Made by a program: the position numbers and the translations under genes
In this document: positions 40,545-53,626 of the stretch, piece by piece
Layout: each line of letters opens with the position of its first letter
Numbering within the stretch: position 1 is the first letter of the stretch
Notes under the pieces: model-generated
The model's database searches: none
Seen by the model: the letters and a program-made list of their open reading frames with translations, nothing else
Told to the model about the DNA's origin: nothing
Assembly: GCF_036321535.1 (NCBI RefSeq)
Contig: NC_087437.1
Span: 9,798,001 to 9,862,000, forward strand
From: Camelus dromedarius
Lineage: Eukaryota
DNA length: 64,000 nt
Direction of reading: 5' to 3'

Positions 40545-40800
40545 AAAAATGTATTATTTAGCTTGGGGACATGAAATAGCAGTAAAAGGAAATGGTAACT
40601 GTTGTGACTTCATGGATGGAAGCTCCAGTTTTCCAACATCAGGACCACAGAAGCCATCACTAGGGCACTCAGCAATGGTGCACACCAGCCACGGTCTTTG
40701 AAAGAAAGAATTATTTATCCTCTGATTCTGACTGAGACCATTTGAAAATTATATGACTGGTTTATTACATTGAAGATCTGGTATATCTGTCTTCGCTTTC

Positions 40801-41070
40801 TTTTTTTTTAATTGAAATTGAGCTGATTTACAATATTATGTTAGTTTCTGGTGTACAGCATGGTGATTCAGTTTTATATACATATACATTCTTTTTCATA
40901 GTCTTTACCATTATAGTTCCCTGTGCTAAACAATATTGATTATAGTTCCCTGTGCTAAACAGTAGGGCTTTGTTGTTTATCTATTTTATATAGAGTAGTG
41001 TGTATCTGCTAATCCCAGATCCCTAATTTATCACCCCACCTTTTCCCTTCAGTTGTATTTGTTTTCTATC
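40801..41070 (-). mobile_element. L1 3' end
   Basis: Poly-T followed by 'gatttacaatattatgttagtttctggtgtacagcatggtgattcag...gtatctgctaatcccaga'. Confidence 0.85.
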
Positions 41071-41626
41071 GACCAGTTTTTTTTCTCATTCGGCTTTGTT
41101 ACAGGTAAGCTCAACTATGGTATCTTGGACACGTCTTAAATATCTGTATCTTTTCTAACACAAATGACATACTACATGGCAAAATATATTCTAAATGTTC
41201 ATATCGTTTCTCATTTAATCCTTCACTTGTGGCCAACTTTCAGGAACTCTCAGAGAGGACAGAGGAACATGTTAATGATGATCATCTTCACTTACACACC
41301 GACTGCTGACATTTCCTAGATATACAGCACCTTCTTATGCTAGGACCAAGGTCATTATTTAACTCACAAATGAAACAAGTTGAGGAAAGAGATAGGATAA
41401 AAAGAGAAACAGATAAAACAAGGAAAGGAAAAATGTCCTAAAGTAACTAAGAATGTTTTCAAGGACCAAAAAGTAAACAAGAATCTGCAAAGAGAGTCTA
41501 TGATCCTCAATGGAATTCTTCTGCAAAACTCCTAAAAACTCAGTAAACATTGGTTACATGAATAAATGAGCAGAGGGCATTGATTTTCTTTATAGGCAAT
41601 TATAGCATTTATATTTTACCCTAGAG

Positions 41627-41835
41627 CAAGGTTCCCAATCAGCGGTTACTTAAAATATTCTCAACAGGACCCTTGGCAGTGCCTGGAGGCATTCCTAGTT
41701 GCCACATATCAGGAGGTACATCAAGCAGGTAGAGACCAGAGAAGTTGTTAAGTATCCTACAATGCACAGAACAGCCCCCACAACAAGAATTATCTGATCC
41801 AAAGTAGTAACAGTACTGAAGATGAGGAAACCTGT
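41627..41835 (+). mobile_element. MER20 hAT-Charlie MITE
   Basis: 'ggtagagaccagagaagttgttaagtatcctacaatgcacagaacagcccccacaacaagaattatctgatccaaa'. Confidence 0.78.
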
Positions 41836-44800
41836 CCTAGAGAGAGGAGTGATAAAAGATAATTTAAAAAAAAAAACAAACAAGAAATTTACAGAACATT
41901 GTAAACTGTACTTTAATAAAAATATATATTAAAATTTGAAAAAAAATTTTAAAAGGTTGAAAATCTTGATTCTCATAATATAGATATAAAAATGAATATG
42001 ATTTATAGTTTTTATTCCAACGAATCAATGGAGAAACCAGGAAGATGTTGTAAGTGGTTTAAAAGAGAATCTGAGAAACAGACACATTTATAGGTTAGGA
42101 ATTTGAAACGAAAGTGCCAACAGAGGCAAAACTGTCTTTTCACAGCATGGGAAATGAATTCAGCTGAATTTCCACTGCTTCTGTACAGTTTATCTACAGC
42201 TTACAGAATTGTAGAATAACTCCCACTGGGTCAGAATCAGGTAAGACAGAAAGGTGTGCTATGGGTGCTATGGACAAGGCATAGTTTTTCACTTAAGGGC
42301 ACTTTTTTTTTTTTTTACAGAAAGCAGGAAAGGTAGAGTAGAGACATTGGTCACCATCAAATGCTACCATTAGCCAAGTACATTCTTGGCTTTTGGGTAA
42401 TATACACCAGAGTATAAGTTTAGTTAGCATATAAACAATATTTCTATCTATCTAATATTTCAAGTTGACTGATTCTAATTCAAGAATCTCCTCAAATTTA
42501 CCACCTTATCCTGGAAGGGACACATCTAAAATGGACTTTTTAAAATTTGATTTTATTTTCTTCACCTCCATTTCAACAAAACTTAAGTCCCATCAGAATA
42601 CAGCACAGAGGAGAAAGAAAAAGTAGTAAATGGTATTTTATGGCCTCTGTCTTCCTAGACACTAAGACTAGAATCAGCTGTTTTGCCTTTTTTAAGCGGA
42701 TAGTATGGAAGAAGATCTCATTTGTCATTGTAATTTAACCATGAGGACACCATAATATCTCATAATAATCTATATGGAGGACAAACTAATGATTCACAGA
42801 AAACCATAGGCCTGGAAATAATGACTGAGACAATAAGTTTAACAAAGACTATTCAGAGTGTCCAGTATAGACCCCGAAGGAAGCATGGATAATTCAGCCT
42901 CCTGTAAATTGGTTATGATTTTTAATGACCCACCACTTAACCTCATTTATGTGTGAACTGTTTCACCAAGGTTGGCCAAGAGTGCATTGCAATCAAGATG
43001 TTAAATTCCTTTGGCTTTCTAACAGTTTGGCTGATTGAACATGAAAATAATATCTCCTGCTGATGATGCTAAATGTGTTCATTTTACTAATTTTGAAAAA
43101 AATGGAAGTAAAATATGTATGAATGAAACCCTCTGCACTTAAGATAATCTTTCCTATTTAGTCATCTGGTAGAAATGAAAAAGTTGTCTGGGATTCAAAC
43201 AAAGTTAATTTGCATGGTTTTAAATGTCTTCTTTCTTAGTCCCTTTAGTTAAAATATTGAAGTCTTCAACAATATTTTAACAAGACTTCAGAATGACAGA
43301 GCTATCAAAAATACCATCAAAATTGAAAACGTTTGTGATCAATGTAATAAATTACAACAGAATTTGATTGGATAAGAAAACAAGAGGGGTGTGTACACCA
43401 CAGACCTATTGATTAGAGGGTAAGGCAAACCCAGGGGCCAGCTGTCATGCTTATTGAAAGGTTCTTTCATTGAACCTGAATCCCATGAACCCACGGTTAT
43501 CACTAATCTAAAATTTAAAATCAAATGTGCCACATTTGTCCGCTGGGTTTTATGATCATTCTATTGTTATTTCTCAATTACGAATACCTAGTGGTACTAC
43601 ATAGTGAAGATAAATGCTTCCACTATAGTAGTCAGAGCTTATGTTCAGCGAAGGACATTTAACATTGTATTCTATTTCCTTAAATGATTACTATGGCATT
43701 AATCAAAGGGAAACCTGATTAGCAAATTAAAAATCTGATGAGCTCTTGCAGAATGAAAAAAAAAAGATATTAATCAGAGGCTGTCAGGAGGGTATAACTA
43801 GTCCTCGACTTCAACCAACACCTGCAGGATAGAAGCATGGAGATGATGGCTGATAACACAGGAGGGTTTGAGAGCCCTCTGATTGCCATGAAACCATTTT
43901 TATTCATCTTTAATCAGGGTAATTACAGAGTACAATGGTTCTTTGAGGCTTATATTGTATTTATCAGGGTGAAATTGAGGTGTTTTTAAGACAGAGTTCA
44001 CTTATGCCAAGGTTGAAAAATGCACTCACTCTATACCAATCCTGGAGTTGTAGACTTTTTTGGCCACGTCAAAAAGTTAAAAGCCAGATTAATATTCTTA
44101 CCTAAGCAAATATATTTTACCTTTGATAGTAATGTTTAGAATAGGAAAAAAGCAAAAGTGGTATTTTTACGAACTTTAAAAATGATAGAAAATCCACACC
44201 TTACGTGATATCAACAGACACTCCTGGCACAATGCCAAAGTAGACAACTTTGAATAAATTAACGTATTAATTTTCCTTAAAGAATTATGAGAATTGAAAT
44301 GGTGATAGTCATGATGGGCACTGGCCAAAAAGAAAAGGAAAACTGTTTCTTCATGAATGAATCCCATTGTGTTTGTGGCGTGGATGTCCTTGCTTCTGGG
44401 TTGTCCATGGAGGAAGCACTAGGAATTCAATTCTTTATATGACAGTTCAGAATTTAAATTAGGAAGATTCATCCTCCAATAAGAGTGTGCTTTAATTGAC
44501 CTGGACATGATAATTTGTGATAGCCACTCTTATGATTTATATACTTTAATGATTTGTACACTTGGTAAATGCTTTGATGCTGCTCTCCCTGGCAGAGTGA
44601 TCTCACAAAGAGGTAGAGAGTCTAGCAGACACAGGCCTGGACCAAGAATCATAAGACCTACACTGGACACCCAGCTCTACCAAATCTTTGGCCATTTAAA
44701 GATGCTAAGACAAAAACTGTATTTGAAAACTGATGACGGTGATGCACTCCTTGCTCGTATCAGTGCTACTTTATGGATTAAGTGGGAAAATGCATTCAGG

Positions 44801-47800
44801 AAATGTTGGAAAAAAATCACAATAAAGAAATGTGACTTTCCTAATTATTAGCCTGTATTTCACTACTGCTGACACAAACGCATCTCTCCCCTCCCTTTTT
44901 TTTTTTTTTTTTTTTTTTTTTTGGTTCATTAAACTGAAGTACTGCCCTTTGCTGCTTAGGGAGGGTACTCTCATAGAAACCAAAAATTATCACTATGAGT
45001 ACATCAGAGGCAAGAAATATTGAATAGACTTATATAACAAAGGGCAAAACTTTAGCCTCTTTTTCTGTTCCAAAATTTCGCACCTGAAAATAGACTGTAT
45101 GAGTCAATGATCAGAAATAACAAGAGATTATTTCAACCACATGTTCAACTATTACTTTATTTTACATAGTTGGTAATGACAAACAGAAATTATAAACACA
45201 AACTATTTAAACATAATGTCACATATCACTGCATTGCATTTATCTGTGCTGATTTTTTTTCTATCCTTAGAAAGCCTGAGACAGCTCAAAATTCTAATTC
45301 TTGGCAGCAGATTTTACTTTTTCCACACCAAATCTACCCTAAAACTTCCCAAAACAGAAGTAAAAAATTAAAATGAAGACAGAGCTGGAAGAAGTCGGGC
45401 AGAAGAAGACAGCAAAATTGGTAGCGGTGAGAGTAGAACCAGGGCTATGGGTCCAAGAGACTCAAAGGAGAAAGAGAAAAACGTATAAAGAGAAAGGCTG
45501 GGATAAGAAGATTCAAGCAGCCTCAAGAGGCTGAGCTGAGAAGTTTCCCTGGACAACATCCAAACAGGGGAAGGCATCTTTATGGAGTGCCAGGACCCAG
45601 ACGACTGTAGTTAAAGAGAGCAGACCATCATAAGTGACCACATTAAAGAACATCAGATCCAGTTACAGGAACCTCACCAGCACTCCCTGCCTTCTTCTTA
45701 AAGATGTAGATGAGTTCCAGGGTCACAAGTGACTGGAAATATATTATTCTTGTCAAGAGATTTCTCTCTTCCTTTCTTGTGAGGTCATTATGATGTGTCT
45801 GGTGGTTCTTTTTATTATGGGTGGATTTTTGGCTATAATTTCAAGATGACAAGAAAATTAACTAACATCCAACATCCTCTTACACTTACTTGAAACAAGA
45901 TACTACAATTGCCATTCTCCATCCACCAGTGAAGAGGAATCCTCTTCTTTACTTAAGTATTATCAATAAGCACATGTTATCTCTTAAATGCTCTTAACTT
46001 TTTGCACCGATTCTAACTGGTATGGCAGACCGCAAAGAATAGTGATTCTTCTAGAACCTTTAGACACAATGGCTGATTTTAATTTCAAAGGCACAGCCAC
46101 AATTGAAAACCCTTTTCATTACATGTGAAATGAAGAAAAAGCAAGTATGAGTCAACGACATCGCATCCACACCGAGTTATTTCCCACTTCAGCATTCCTG
46201 CTCTATGAATCATTCATTCTTGTGGAAAGAAACGAGAGGAAAAACTCAGTCATAATTCAAGAGTGTCAGGGCAGGGAAGAAGAATATGAATCTGGTAGGC
46301 TTAAAAAAGAAAATCTGATCTGGGAGAGAGTCTCATTTTGACAGACCAAAATCATTTTAGATAGAAGAATATTTTATTCCATTAAAAGGGCAGACAGGAA
46401 AAAGAAATGGCACAAAGAAGTGAAGATGGAAGGAATGAGAGGCAGAAGGAAATAAGCAAAGAGGAGAAAAGGTTACAGAATAAGTGTCTGAGTTCCTGAA
46501 TGATGAGTTAAATGTTGCTGAGTAAGTCATTGGGAACTGGCCTTGCGCAAACTCAAAAGATAGGAAAAGAAACTTTTCAATGGTGATTAGAGGTCCTTGG
46601 TAAACCAACTGAGCCATCAGTTTGGTGACTAAGGTTACGGTATCTTCAAGTAGACTACCTTGTCAGTGCTTCTGAGTTGAGCAGCAGTGTTTTTGGTGGT
46701 AAGACTCTCACTCAATGCTCATCCTCCAGTTCACCCCTCTCTATTTTCAACTTCATGGATTTAAGTAGAGACATTCGATGATCACAAATGAAAAATATTT
46801 TCCATGTAGTTGGTGGGAAAATACTGGATATACTTGAAATTTAAGGGCTTACTTTATGTCATGGTTTCCCTACTGAGGAATTGAAAATGAAGTAGGAAGA
46901 AATTGTCTAATTGGAAAGTGATATTCGCTTGACTGTCCTGCAAAGATTGGGCTGTCAGCCGATAGGAATTTGCTCTCATCCAAGTGACAAAGTGTCCCTA
47001 AACTACATCTCTAGTATTAATATCATCATTTAATCCTTGAAGAAGTATTTGCCGTAAATCTTATTGCAAAGCATATTCCACCAAACAGAAGCGACACATA
47101 AATTCAGGTGACCTGGTCCCCTAGGAATCAATCAGGTCTTAATGTCTCCCCAGGGTATTTCTTTTTAAATTCATTTCCTTTGTAAACAGATAAAGGAAGG
47201 ACACAATGGGAAGGTTTAAAATAAGAAACTACAGGGGTGTACAAGTTAACACTCTAATCTTTCTTGATTCAAGGTATTGATTTTTTTATAATGCGTAGGG
47301 CACTTTTGGAATTATTATTTATCAATTTATAAAATCTGGCAAATGTATTTTGGGTTTAACTTTAAGATCGGCTAATTGACATTTTCCTAATGCTGCTTCT
47401 ACAATGTGTAATGTACGAATAATACTTGCACTCTTATATAAAGCATGATGAACAAAACCAAACAAAATCTTATTTTTAAAAAATACCAGTTAGTGGAACC
47501 CTGAATTCCTGAATGTTCTGGAAATACTCATTTTGTTTCAATCATCTCAATGAACATCATTTAAAAATATAACTGTGGATTCCCATGCACAAAAAGAATA
47601 CATTCACTATAAATGAAATTTTGTTATTGGTATTATTGTCTTGTTGCTTGAAAGCATTTGTGCCCCCTCAATACCATAAAAGCAAACATCAGGGGCCATT
47701 GTAAATGTGGATGTAATAGGTTTAGAAATTCTGTGTCAATAAACTGTCCGAGACCATGCCCTGAAAAGTTGATTTTCACACACATCGGCACACATGCCTG

Positions 47801-48989
47801 TGATCTAAATATGTGCTTATTTTCTGATGATTTACCTGTCATAGAAAAAGGAGAGGAGAAAAATATTTGCCAAGGTTCCAAGCATTTGGAATCTCATTAA
47901 GAACACAAATGAATTTTCATGAATACAATGAAGCTTAGAAGGAAGAATTCAGAGGCTCTCTTTTTCCGGGTGTTTTTCAACCTTGGATGCACACTGAAAT
48001 CATCTGACCAATACATCAGAAAAGCTTCTAATCAAAGGGAATTGCAAAGGGAGGGTCCTTCATTTTCTTTCCTTTTCTGACAGTATTACTATTCAACGAT
48101 CCACAGAAAAATCTTTAAAATTTTATTTATGATCTCTTACACAATGCATAATTTGCATTATATCAGCAAAGCATGCAGTTTTAAAAAGAATAACATTCCC
48201 TTCCATTAATTAAAAAAAAAAACTTGAATATTTGTTGCTTCTCTTTTTGGAGCTTTGAAAAAATTTCTTTAAGGGATCTGCAAAAATTGCTAATTTAAAA
48301 TTTCCATACGGAATGTCACACATGTATCTGGCCATGAGATTATACTCCACAACTTCCCAACTTTCCCACCCACAGTGGTTTTCCAATTTTGGAACTACTT
48401 CCAGAAACTCTTATGAAAGCAATTTTTATGAACGTATATAGATTCTCAGAAAAGGAAGTGAACCAGGAATCACAGCCAGATAGTTGGGAAAGACCAGAAG
48501 CGATAAAGCTGATCAGACACTCAGGGAAGAAAGTGTGTGCCTTCCACTAAGCACCTCTGTCCTATACCAGTCTTGTTTGCAGAGCTACAGGGAATGCAAG
48601 CAGGGCTGGGAGGAAATGAAGAGGCAAAAACAGGATACAAGAGAATTTTCAAGTCAGCGGGAGCCTTAGAGATCAGCCCATTTAACCACGTCTTAAAGGT
48701 GTATCAAATTTTTCCAAGATGCATCAAACTGAAAAGAAGCAAAGTTAAAACTACATCAGTGAAGAATCTTCCAAGGTATATTCAATGACTACTAAGTAAA
48801 AGTGTAGCACACACTATGTGTGCAAGTTTAAAATCTTCCGTTCTCTTTACAAATATGTTCTAGGCATTTCAGATCTTGAAATCTTTGAGAGCTCTGTATG
48901 GTTCTAGAGTACTGCATAGCATGGACCTGTCAAGATTTTCTTAATCATGTCCACTAACCAAAATGTATATTTGGGTGTGCCCTTGTAAC

Positions 48990-49400
48990 TATGGCCTTTG
49001 GATAAATTTTTAACAGAGAAATTACACCAAGTCGATGTATGCACACATATTTCCCAGCCGCCTTCCAGAAGTACACCAATAGCAAGAGTGCATAAAGCCC
49101 ATTTCTTCACATCTTTACCAGAATTAGTGTGTATTTCTGTGTGTGTTCATCCTACCAAAATTTAAGTTAACAAATGCTCACTCACTCATACTTCATTTTA
49201 CATTTTTTATTACTACCCTATTTAAATATTCTTCATACTGACTACATTTATCTTTCACAAATCATGTACTAATGACCTTTGCCCACTTTTTCTATTGAGT
49301 GTTTTAATTTTTCCCTTTAATTTATAAGATGTCTTCATATATGACAAGCTTTTGATTTTTGTCATATATTTTGCAAATTGTGTGAACTGTTGTTTTTGCT
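48990..49400 (-). mobile_element. Old L1M fragment (continues at about 50690-51640)
   Basis: 'cccatttcttcacatctttaccag', 'ctttgcccactttttctattgag' and 'atattttgcaaat'. Downstream: 'atttgcaaataatgacagcttt' and 'gattttggtatcataattgtgttgg'. Confidence 0.5.
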
Positions 49401-49598
49401 TTGACCACACAATTTGAAATAGTAACCCAACTTCCACATCCCTGATATTAACTAATTACCCATATTCCATTTTCTAAATATCTATTCTTTTCAATAGCTT
49501 TTCTATTATATTCTAAACTCTACTGGCTTCTAGGATCTTTTTTCTGTTAAGTTACCTGCACAGTTCTCTCTATACTGATAGTTCATTTTCATTGTTTT

Positions 49599-50104
49599 TG
49601 TAATAGAAAAGAACAAATCTGACTCCATATTGGATCTGTTCCTTTGCCTCTAACCCTCTGCTCTGTTACCTGCGCTGAGTCATGCTGGTTCTGCACCTTT
49701 TGTAAAAGACTGTTGCCTAGAGACTGAAATATACAGGACAGCCCATTCTCAAGGCTCTGACCTTTAAGGAAATGACACTTTCCCATTCATATAAAGATAA
49801 AAAGCTGCAGAACAGAAAATAACATTTGTCTTGTTGGAGGTTTACAGGGACATCATGACCTGACCTACCTGGACAGATGCAAGAACAAAGGATTTTAACA
49901 AAGGATTGCAACAACCACCTCCTCTTTTTGGTATAGGGGGAGCCTGAAATCTGACTTGGAGGAGATGGTTCTCCAGGACATGAGTCTGCCATCTTCTCAG
50001 TCTGCTGGCTTTCCCAATAAAGTCATTATTCCTTGCCCCAACACCTCATACCCTAATTTAATGGCCGGTCATGCAGCGAGCAGATGAGTTTGGACTCAGT
50101 AACA
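49599..50104 (+). mobile_element. ERV1 solo LTR, MER41-like cetartiodactyl family (506 bp)
   Basis: TGTAA...TAACA termini, AATAAA near 50015, tttt on both flanks, and full-length homology to 7083-7613. Confidence 0.9.
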
Positions 50105-50320
50105 TTTTTTTCTCCTTCCTTTTTCTTTCTGTCCTTCTTTCCTTCCTCCTTCTTTCCTTCTCTTCTACCTGCATTTTTTCTCTTGCTCCCTCTGCCCCTT
50201 TTTTCTTTCCCTTCCTTCTTCCCTCCTTCTCTCTTTCTTCTTTCTCCTTTCTCTGCCTTTTGTGTACATCTTCCTCCTCTCTTTATTTTATCTTATGTCT
50301 TCTTCTCTTTCCTCTCTGAT
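50105..50320. repeat. CT-rich low-complexity polypyrimidine tract
   Basis: About 215 bp that is almost entirely C/T on the + strand. Confidence 0.85.
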
Positions 50321-51641
50321 GTTCCTGCCAGAAATCTGCTAGTAATTCTGTGCGGTGTTCTTCTTCATGATCCAGATCTGGGCAAAGCATTTAGAAATTT
50401 GCAGCTGCATCGACCATGTCTGTCAGTTACACCAAACTGAAAACCTCAAATCAATCCCCAGTGAATAGGTTGGAAGGGGAAAGGACAAAAACAGAATGTA
50501 ACTAAGTTTGTTGGTGCTAAAGGTCCATCCATATTAAATATCAGACCATGACAAATTGAACTAGATCTGCCACTCCATCCTTCCTTATATATACTAAATA
50601 TTTAGTTACTGAATTCAGATTATCAGTGCTTTGATGATTTTAGCTTTATTTCCTTTTTTCTTAATGCAATCCTTACTTCCTTCTCTTCTACTCACTCTCA
50701 CACTTCTTTGTCAAAACTGTCTTCAGTATTATTGATTTTTTTTTCAAATAAACTTAAATTCATTTTGAAAGCCTCCTTCAAAAAAAACATTGAAATATTC
50801 ATTGTGATTTGCTAAAAATGTATGTTGTTTGGAGAAAAATGTTGTACTATTACATAACATTTTCATCAAGGCTTATTATCTGCCCCTTTGAGCTGTTTGT
50901 TCATTTGTTTATTTTATATCATTTGGGTCCCATATATTTCTTGATAATCTTATTTCAAGGTACATTAATTTAATAGTAAATTATTAAATGGAGTAGTTTT
51001 TCTATTCAATTTTATATCCTACCATATGTAAACATTAATGATGGCCCAGGATAGCTTTTACAATGGAGTACCTTACTGAAGTGTATTTCCAATAGATGTT
51101 AGTTGATTAAATATATTATTTGCAAATAATGACAGCTTTATATGATTCATTACAATAGCTAAAATTATCATGCCTTTTCACTATCTTATCCCACTACCAA
51201 GAACTTCTCGCGTTGTTTTAAACGTTGTGAAGTTTGTGATAATGGCTATCTTTGCTCTTTTTTTTCACTTTAGAATACTTTTTATTGCATGATGGGATTC
51301 TTTATAACAGACTTTGTAATACTAAAAATGTTCGCATTCCTCGAATTTACCCTATTCAGGTACTATTGCTCTTTATGTGCAAAACTTAGATTTTAATATT
51401 TTATTTATATATATTTACTTACTTATTTCAATTTTCACATGGGGAATTGGTCAGGAATTTCCTTTTCCTCCATTACCATTCCCAGATTTTGGTATCATAA
51501 TTGTGTTGGATTTATAAGATTGATTAAGAATTGGTTAATCTTCACACAAGATAATCACATACTGTGTTCTGTTATCTCCCAAAGAATATCACATATTGGA
51601 TTTTTCCCCTGAGTTTTGGATGAATTCCTACCATTGGTTTC

Positions 51642-51992
51642 TGCTACAGACTGAATATTTGTGTCCCCCCACCAAGCCCCCACCAAATTCATAGGTTGAA
51701 ATTCTAACCTCCAATGTGATGCATTAGGAGGTGAGGGGATTAAGTCATGAGGGTGGAGCCCCCAGGAATGGGATGAGTGCCCTTACAAAGAGACTCAGAG
51801 AGCGCCCTTGCCCCTTCTGCCATGTGAGGTGACCGAGAGAAGGCAGTCATTTGTGAACCAGGAAGTGGGCTCTCACCAGACACTGAATTTGGCAGTGCCT
51901 TGACCCAGCCTCCAAAGCTGTGAGAAATAAGTGTTGTTTACCCTACCCAGCTCATGGTGTTTTTGTTATAGCATCCCAAACAGATTGAGACA
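51642..51992 (+). mobile_element. MaLR LTR (MLT1A-like)
   Basis: 'tgctacagactgaatatttgtgtcccccc...ttttgttatagcatcccaaacagattgagaca', with a near 5-bp TSD (gtttc/gcttc). Confidence 0.85.
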
Positions 51993-52669
51993 GCTTCAAA
52001 CTGACAAATTCTGCAGTGTCTAATGTACTTCCAATCACCTCCATTATTTTCTAACTTCATCTCTTGGTAAATTACAATATACTTTTGAAAGTTTTGCTGT
52101 TGTTAGTTTTTTTAAAGAACGGAATATGGAAAGTTTACCTTCTGAGCACTGAGACAGGTTTGTAATTTTTTTGGCCACAGTTGCTTTAACATATAAAATA
52201 AAATGCTGTGTATTGGGGTTCTTACATTTTCATCCCCTATTTCTTTATTTTTTCCAATATAATTTGAAATTAAGTGTTGAACAAAAGTCAAAGGCTTTGT
52301 GTCTATTTATAGATGAACAGATTGCTTTAATTTAGATATTGTGAGGTTAGTTCATCTCGAGTTAGGTTAATTCGTATATTTTTTGGTTAGTTCACCCTTA
52401 AGGAGAATGGCACTTGACTACCCAGCACTGGGACTACTCTGAGGAACTACTTGGGAAATTCCGTAAACCTCTACCTGAAAGTAACATGCCCATGTGAGTG
52501 TCAAAATGAACATTTTAGATCCATTTATAGTTTTACATGGACAATTGAAAGATCCAAAGTCGTCAACAGATAAGAAAAGGGGTCACCTATGAGTATAATT
52601 TTGGCATAATTTCTGTATATGATAGCCAGAAATTAAGACGGATGCAATAGAGTCCCACTCCTTTCCTAG

Positions 52670-52707
<38 letters not shown>

Positions 52708-53626
52708 ACTCTCTGTTCTATTTCCATTACTCCCTGGGACAAAAATTCTATAGAAATAACACAATCAAGAGATGATTCTAAGTAACAGCTGCTCTGTTTG
52801 TTTCAGTTCTGAATCTCCAAGAGAATGCATTTTTGTCTTTTGCCCATCCTGGTGACCTGTTTTGGCTTTCCCCAAGACATGACGCCAGTGAGCTGAATAA
52901 CGGATATATGCAGCTACATGACATACCATCTCCAGTGACTTGAACATTTACCTGGAGAAGCAGCGAGTGAGTAGTATCAAGAAGCTTTCTCACCTGTGTA
53001 TGCTAAATTTTACTCTTTCATGTACAATTTAAATATCATTGCATCATCATGTGTGCATTATAAATCCTTCCAACAAGCCTCCACAGAAATCCCCCCAAAG
53101 AGGATCTTTGTTATTACTTTCTTCATTACAAGTGTCATTATAATTTCATTACCTTGGAGAGCAAACACATTATTAGGGCAACCAGGGGGCAGAAATATAC
53201 TAGATATTTCACTATTTTTGATTAAACTCCAACTATGTCTGTAGTTTACCTCAATTAGACGTTAGCATGAATTTTTAATTTACTTTTTCTTTGTCTCTCC
53301 ATAAGGTTTTTAATAAATTATACATCTTTCTTTTAATGTAGAAACTTTAGACATTCTCTTTCTTGTCATTAACCTGATGCCTTTTCCTGAGCCAATATAA
53401 TAGATTGCTCCTTGATGAGTGATGCCTTCTCAGTAACTATTCTTACAAACTAACTGTGGCAGTGTCCACAGTTATGCCCAGCCTAACATCCAGGCTCAGT
53501 ATAAGCTGGGAATACGTTCCATGGTGGTATATGCGTATCTGGATGCCATACATTATCTCTCCTGCCAAACGAACACTAGCTAGAGATTTCTCCCTAGTGC
53601 TCCACAGCTTCACTTCTCTGTGTTGG

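Noticed and set aside
45373..45534. 53-aa purine-rich ORF (MKTELEEVGQKK...)
   Set aside because: No recognisable homology; the composition is explained by A/G-rich sequence.
7083..50104. The LTR pair as the ends of one provirus
   Set aside because: They are in opposite orientation, 42 kb apart, each has its own flanking duplication, and I see no gag/pol/env between them.
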